Of a DNA stretch of 64,000 bases, positions 57,550 through 64,000 are shown one piece after another. The notes beneath the pieces are model-generated. The model saw only the letters and a program-made list of their open reading frames with translations. It was not told where the DNA came from and ran no database searches. A program made the translations under genes and the position numbers. Position 1 is the first letter of the stretch, and every line of letters starts with the position of its first letter. The stretch spans positions 928,419 through 992,418 of the forward strand of contig JAXGPA010000001.1 of NCBI GenBank assembly GCA_040767195.1, given 5' to 3'. The stretch is from Syntrophales bacterium. Its GTDB lineage: Bacteria > Desulfobacterota > Syntrophia > Syntrophales > UBA6807.

Positions 57550-58674
57550 ATGAACAATCCCAATTTCAGCTCCGGGCCCTGCAGCAAGAGGCCGGGATGG
57601 CATCTCGGCCTTCTGGAAGACGCCGCCCTGGGCCGTTCACACCGAAGCGCCCTGGGAAAGTCCAAGTTGGCCAGGGCCATCGCGGAAAGCAAGGATCTCC
57701 TCGGTGTTCCCGCCGATTATCTTCTGGGAATCCTGCCCGGTTCCGACACGGGGGCCTTCGAGGCGGCCCTGTGGTCGATCCTCGGGCCGAGACCGGTCAC
57801 CGTCCTGGTTTGGGAAAGCTTCAGCGAGGGATGGGCCACGGACGTGGAAAAACAACTCAAGCTGAAACCGACGGTTCTTCGGGCCGATTACGGAAAAATC
57901 CCGGACCTGAGGCAGGTGGACTGGACGACGGATGTCATTTTTGTGGCCAACGGCACCACGAGCGGCGTGAAAGTACCCCATTGGGACTGGATTCCCGCCG
58001 ACCGGCAGGGGCTCACGCTTTGTGACGCCACCAGCGCCGCCTTCGCCATGCCCATCGACTGGTCGCGGGTGGACGTGCTCACCTATTCGTGGCAGAAATG
58101 CCTCGGCGGAGAAGCGGCCCACGGCGTCCTCGTTCTCGGTCCCCGGGCCGTGGAGCGCATCGAATCCTACGATCCCCCCTGGCCCATGCCCAAGGTTTTC
58201 CGCATGAAGAAGGGCGGAAAGCTGAACCGTGCCATTTTTGACGGTGATACCATCAACACCCCGTCCATGCTCTGCGTGGAAGACTACCTGGACAGCCTCC
58301 AGTGGGCGAAATCGATCGGCCTGACGGGACTTTTCGATCGTTCCCTGAAAAATCTTCAGATCGTGGAAGACTGGGTGAAAAAAACGGACTGGGTCGATTT
58401 TCTGGCCGAAAGTCCGGAGATACGGTCCAACACCTCCGTGTGCCTGAAGGTGACCCATCCCCGCTTCACCGCCATGGACCGGGAATCCCAATCCCGGTTC
58501 GTCAAGGACGTTTCGGGGGTTTTGAGCCGGGAAGGGGCGGCCCACGACATCGCCTCCTACAAGGACGCGCCCCCCGGGTTCCGCATCTGGTGCGGACCGA
58601 CCGTCGCGTCCGATGATGTGAAAGGCGCCGTCGCGGCTCTGGACAGGGTCTTTCGGGAAAAGATGGCCGAATAA
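57550..58674 (+). CDS. serC: Phosphoserine aminotransferase (the ~370-aa SerC subtype)
   Basis: 374 aa. N-terminal NFSSGPC, and a position directly upstream of serA. Confidence 0.9.
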   Translation: MNNPNFSSGPCSKRPGWHLGLLEDAALGRSHRSALGKSKLARAIAESKDLLGVPADYLLGILPGSDTGAFEAALWSILGPRPVTVLVWESFSEGWATDVEKQLKLKPTVLRADYGKIPDLRQVDWTTDVIFVANGTTSGVKVPHWDWIPADRQGLTLCDATSAAFAMPIDWSRVDVLTYSWQKCLGGEAAHGVLVLGPRAVERIESYDPPWPMPKVFRMKKGGKLNRAIFDGDTINTPSMLCVEDYLDSLQWAKSIGLTGLFDRSLKNLQIVEDWVKKTDWVDFLAESPEIRSNTSVCLKVTHPRFTAMDRESQSRFVKDVSGVLSREGAAHDIASYKDAPPGFRIWCGPTVASDDVKGAVAALDRVFREKMAE

Positions 58675-58704
58675 CGGCTTGATGAAGATTAAGGAGCTCC
58701 TAAT

Positions 58705-60291
58705 ATGACACAGAAGGTACTCATCAGCGATACGCTGTCGAAGGAAGGAATCGAAATTCTGAAAAAAGCGCCGGGGATCGAGGCGGATGTCATGACCAAC
58801 CTGACCAAGGAAGAGTTGAAAGGGGTCATCAAGGATTACGACGGTCTCGTCATTCGCAGCGCCACGAAGGTCACCGCCGAAATCATCGATGCCGCCGTGA
58901 AACTGAAAGTCATCGGGCGAGCGGGCATCGGGCTGGACAACGTCGACGCCGCCGCGGCGAGCAAGCGGGGGATCGTCGTCATGAATACTCCGGGCGGCAA
59001 CACGATCACCACGGCGGAACACGCCATCGCCATGATGTTGTCCCTGGCCCGTAAGATTCCCCAGGCCACCGGTTCCATGAAGACGGGAAAGTGGGAAAAG
59101 AGCAAATTCATGGGATCCGAAGTCTACAACAAGACCCTCGGCGTCGTCGGCATGGGCCGTGTTGGCTCCATCGTCGCCAACCGGGCCCAGGGGCTTCGGA
59201 TGAACGTCCTCGCCTACGACCCCTTCCTGTCGCCCGAGGCGGCGGAAAAAATGGGCATCACCCTGGTTTCTTTCGACAAACTCCTCGCGGAAGCGGATTT
59301 CATCACCATTCACACGCCCCTGACGGCGGAAACCCGGAACCTCATCAACAAGGTCACCATCGAGAAAATGAAAAAGGGCGTCTATATCATCAACTGCGCC
59401 CGGGGAGGAATCGTGTGCGAGGCGGATCTCCAGGAGGCCCTCGCGTCCGGCCGGGTGGGGGGAGCGGCCCTCGATGTATTCGAGGAGGAACCGACGAAGA
59501 ACCGGGAACTTCTCGCCATGGAGAACCTGATCGCAACACCGCACCTGGGAGCCTCCACAGACGAGGCGCAGCGAAACGTGGCCATCGCCATCGCCCAGCA
59601 GGTGGCCGATTATTTCACCAAGGGCGAGATCAGAAATGCCGTGAATTTTCCCTCGGTAAGCGGTGAAATCCTGAACCTCATCCGTCCTTTCCTGACACTT
59701 GCGGAAAAGATGGGCCTGTTTCTGGCCCAGACGGTAAAAGGGGGTGTCGAGGAGGTAGAGATCACATACAGCGGCGACATCCTGGACTACAACCTGGAAC
59801 CGATGACCATCGCCTTCCTCAAGGGGCTTCTCACCCCGATCCTGAAGGAGAATGTCAACTTCATCAACGCCCCCCTCATCGCCCGTGACCGCGGAATACG
59901 GGTGATCGAATCGAGAAGTTCCGAGGCGAAGGACTACAAGAGCATGATTTCCGTCACCATGAAGACGACCCAGGATAAGGGGTACACCGCCGGGACCATA
60001 TTCGGCCAGAAGGACTACCGCATTGTCCGAATCAACAAGTTCACCCTGGACGTGATTCCCGAAGGGAACATGATCGTTCTTTACAACTATGACAAGCCCG
60101 GCGTCATAGGGAACATCGGCACCACCCTGGGGGCCAGCAATGTCAACATCGCCCGCCTCCATTTGAGCCGGCAGCAGGTGGACGGCCAGGCCCTGGTCGT
60201 TCTGACGACGGACGGGACGGTTCCCGAGGAAGTGATCCAGAGACTTCGGGATCTTCCCAACGTGATATCGGTGAACCAGCTGGAACTTTAA
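58705..60291 (+). CDS. serA: D-3-phosphoglycerate dehydrogenase with a C-terminal ACT domain
   Basis: 528 aa. GRAGIGLDNVD, GVVGMGRVGS, and an ACT-like C-terminus. AAGGAG SD. Confidence 0.95.
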   Translation: MTQKVLISDTLSKEGIEILKKAPGIEADVMTNLTKEELKGVIKDYDGLVIRSATKVTAEIIDAAVKLKVIGRAGIGLDNVDAAAASKRGIVVMNTPGGNTITTAEHAIAMMLSLARKIPQATGSMKTGKWEKSKFMGSEVYNKTLGVVGMGRVGSIVANRAQGLRMNVLAYDPFLSPEAAEKMGITLVSFDKLLAEADFITIHTPLTAETRNLINKVTIEKMKKGVYIINCARGGIVCEADLQEALASGRVGGAALDVFEEEPTKNRELLAMENLIATPHLGASTDEAQRNVAIAIAQQVADYFTKGEIRNAVNFPSVSGEILNLIRPFLTLAEKMGLFLAQTVKGGVEEVEITYSGDILDYNLEPMTIAFLKGLLTPILKENVNFINAPLIARDRGIRVIESRSSEAKDYKSMISVTMKTTQDKGYTAGTIFGQKDYRIVRINKFTLDVIPEGNMIVLYNYDKPGVIGNIGTTLGASNVNIARLHLSRQQVDGQALVVLTTDGTVPEEVIQRLRDLPNVISVNQLEL

Positions 60292-60435
60292 TGCTGTAGA
60301 CTTCGAACAGGTCCATTCGGGGGTGTCGCGGGAGGAAAACCGCGTTGCAATTCGATAAAAAGACCAAAGGAACGGCGGGGCTTCTCGCGAAGCTTTCGAA
60401 ACAGCGTTCTTGAAAACTTTTCGCAAGTCCGTTAA

Positions 60436-62214
<1,779 letters not shown>

Positions 62215-62218
<4 letters not shown>

Positions 62219-62961
62219 TTCCCGCTTCACTGGCCTCTCTCTGCCGCCTCGTCCTTCACGAAGCCTGCCCCCTGTGCGGTACCCTTCTCGAGTTGCCGGG
62301 GGGCGAAACGTTCTGTCTTTCCTGCCGGAATGCCCTTCCACTCATCCGTTCGCCGTTATGTTTCCGGTGCGGAATGCCTTTCCGTTCCCCCGAAGGGGAG
62401 GATCATATCTGCGGGCCGTGCCTCCTCGACCCACCCCCCTTTTCATCGGCCCGGTCCCTGGGTCGATACGAAGGCCCGCTCCACGATGCCATCCACCGGT
62501 TCAAGTACCGCCGGATAATACCCCTGGGAGAAGCGCTGGGAAGGCTCATGGGCAACCTTTCCATACCGGGAACCTCCTGGACCGCTTTTGACGTGGTTTT
62601 CCCCGTTCCGCTTCACGAAAAGAAACTTCGGGCACGGGGATTCAACCAGTCAGCCGTTCTGGCGAAGGCCCTGGCGCGGGTCGCGGCCCTCCCCCTGGAT
62701 GTGTTCTCTTTCCGAAAAATTCGGGAAACAAGGCCACAGACATTCCTCAACGCCGAAGAACGGGTAAAAAACGTCCGCGGGGTCTTTGAAGTGGTTAATC
62801 CCGACGCCGTCGAGGGAAAGGTGATTCTCCTGGTGGACGATGTCTTTACGACGGGAAGCACGGTCAGAGAGGGTGTCCGGGAACTCCTTCGAAGGGGCGC
62901 CGCGGACGTGGCCGTGCTGACCGCTGCCCGTGCCGTGCCCCGTTTTATGGGAGGTTCCTGA
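62215..62961 (+). CDS. comF: ComF-family protein (phosphoribosyltransferase fold with N-terminal Cys-rich zinc finger)
   Basis: 248 aa. CPLCG...CLSC...CFRCG...CGPC, and the PRTase motif [18 protein letters not shown] overlap with the rsfS stop. Confidence 0.85.
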
Positions 62962-63440
62962 TGGGGGCGGAGAAGATCGTTTCCCGGGAGACCCTCCTGG
63001 TTCTGTTGAAAGAACACAGGCGGCAGGGCCGCCGGATCGTTTTTACCAACGGGTGCTTCGACATCCTCCACGCGGGACACGTCCGGTATCTTGCCCAGGC
63101 CCGGCGGCTCGGTGACGTTCTTGTCGTGGCACTCAACACGGACCGTTCCGTCCGGTCCATCAAGGGGCCGGACCGGCCCGTCGTCAGACAGGAGGAGAGG
63201 GCTTTTGTCATGGCGGGCCTCGAATCGGTGGACTACGTTACCTTTTTTGACGACGAAACCCCTCTCTCCCTCATCGAGGCCCTTCAACCGGACATTCTCG
63301 TCAAGGGCGGGGACTGGAAGGCCGACGGTGTCGTGGGAGGTGATTTCGTCCGCTCCAAGGGCGGTGATGTGGTCGTTCTTCCGTACCTGGAAGGGGCCTC
63401 GACGACGAACATCATCGAAAAAATCAGGCGCTCATCCTGA
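62961..63440 (+). CDS. rfaE2: D-glycero-beta-D-manno-heptose 1-phosphate adenylyltransferase (stand-alone RfaE/HldE domain II)
   Basis: 159 aa. The cytidylyltransferase motif [16 protein letters not shown]. Confidence 0.9.
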   Translation: MGAEKIVSRETLLVLLKEHRRQGRRIVFTNGCFDILHAGHVRYLAQARRLGDVLVVALNTDRSVRSIKGPDRPVVRQEERAFVMAGLESVDYVTFFDDETPLSLIEALQPDILVKGGDWKADGVVGGDFVRSKGGDVVVLPYLEGASTTNIIEKIRRSS

Positions 63441-63442
63441 AT

Positions 63443-64000
63443 ATGGAAGCGTATTCGGCTACTTCGAGAACGGAAATGACGACTCGGGCATTAAAAATCG
63501 GGAATGGGTGTTCCGGAGGAGAATTGGATCGAGGGAAGAATGAACTCTGTCTGGCTTGCGGGCTCTGCTGCCAGGGTTATCTGCATAGCAAGGCTGCCCT
63601 GGGGGACATGGAACGGTCCCGGGCGAAGATGCTGAACATGGAAATTTCTGAAAAAAAAGGGAAGTTTTTTTTCGTTCTTCCCTGTCCTCACCATCGCCGG
63701 AATTTCTGCACGATTTATGAGGAGCGGTTCAACGTCTGCCGTCGCTATAAATGTGCGCTCCTTGAAAAGTGGTCTTGCGGGGAAGTTTCCTGGGATTCGG
63801 CTCTGGAAATCATCGAAACGGTGCGGGCCCAGTTTCAGTGTGTTAGAAGAAAATCTCCCGTGCCTTTGCCGTCGCTGACGATCAAGGCCTTGAGCGATGC
63901 TGTCCGGCAAATCGAGGAAGACACCGAGTCCCCGGGTTTTCGAGAAGAGCACCGGGAATTTTTGCTGGGCTTAACGATACTCAAATTGAGCCTCGACCGT
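63443..64000 (+). CDS. YkgJ-family Cys-cluster protein (CxxCxxCC zinc/iron-chelating domain), 5' part; runs off the right window edge
   Basis: Not in the ORF track (no stop in window). My translation reads MEAYSATSRTEMTTRALKIGNGCSGGELDRGKNELCLACGLCCQGYLH...CPHHRRNFCTIYEERFNVCRRYKC. The alternative start is ATG 63476. Confidence 0.6.
   Translation, partial: MEAYSATSRTEMTTRALKIGNGCSGGELDRGKNELCLACGLCCQGYLHSKAALGDMERSRAKMLNMEISEKKGKFFFVLPCPHHRRNFCTIYEERFNVCRRYKCALLEKWSCGEVSWDSALEIIETVRAQFQCVRRKSPVPLPSLTIKALSDAVRQIEEDTESPGFREEHREFLLGLTILKLSLDR

Overview
Gene-dense, visibly GC-rich bacterial chromosome segment around the replication origin. I did not compute exact GC. On the minus strand, rsmG-parA-parB-dnaA-dnaN-gyrB-gyrA run in one block, followed by archease and rtcB with almost no gaps. 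DnaA boxes flank dnaA on both sides, and the dnaA-dnaN spacer holds an AT-rich unwinding candidate. One perfect parS palindrome lies about 17 kb away inside a coding region. The rest is mostly housekeeping and anaerobe-style metabolism: glnA, serC-serA, purA, gap, radA, trxB, lgt, htrA, an LPS core sugar operon, a fixCX-acyl-CoA dehydrogenase-etfBA cluster, an Mla-like lipid transporter, two Fe-alcohol dehydrogenases, mobA, azlCD and several transporters. Gene content suggests a Deltaproteobacteria/Thermodesulfobacteriota-like anaerobe or syntroph, but this is a low-confidence inference. I found no rRNA, tRNA, CRISPR array, transposase or prophage. The most interesting observations are listed here in rough order of interest. 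(1) A CoA-disulfide-reductase/NADH-oxidase-family flavoprotein is split in the ORF track by an in-frame TGA at the position of the redox Cys. A hairpin follows 10 nt downstream, so this is most likely a selenoprotein. (2) A module of a TlpA-like periplasmic thioredoxin, a 43-aa CXXC micro-protein and a NapH-like membrane polyferredoxin. (3) An Mla-like operon whose ATPase gene is a vestigial ABC domain with no Walker A, a mutated signature and a mutated Walker B. (4) An Fe-ADH and DegT-aminotransferase pair directly upstream of hldD-kdsB, resembling the KdnB/KdnA Kdo8N pathway. (5) A textbook sigma54 promoter with an upstream inverted repeat driving a secreted 7-bladed Kelch plus IPT/TIG protein. 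Very long antisense ORFs (up to 1432 aa) are GC-bias artefacts and were rejected.
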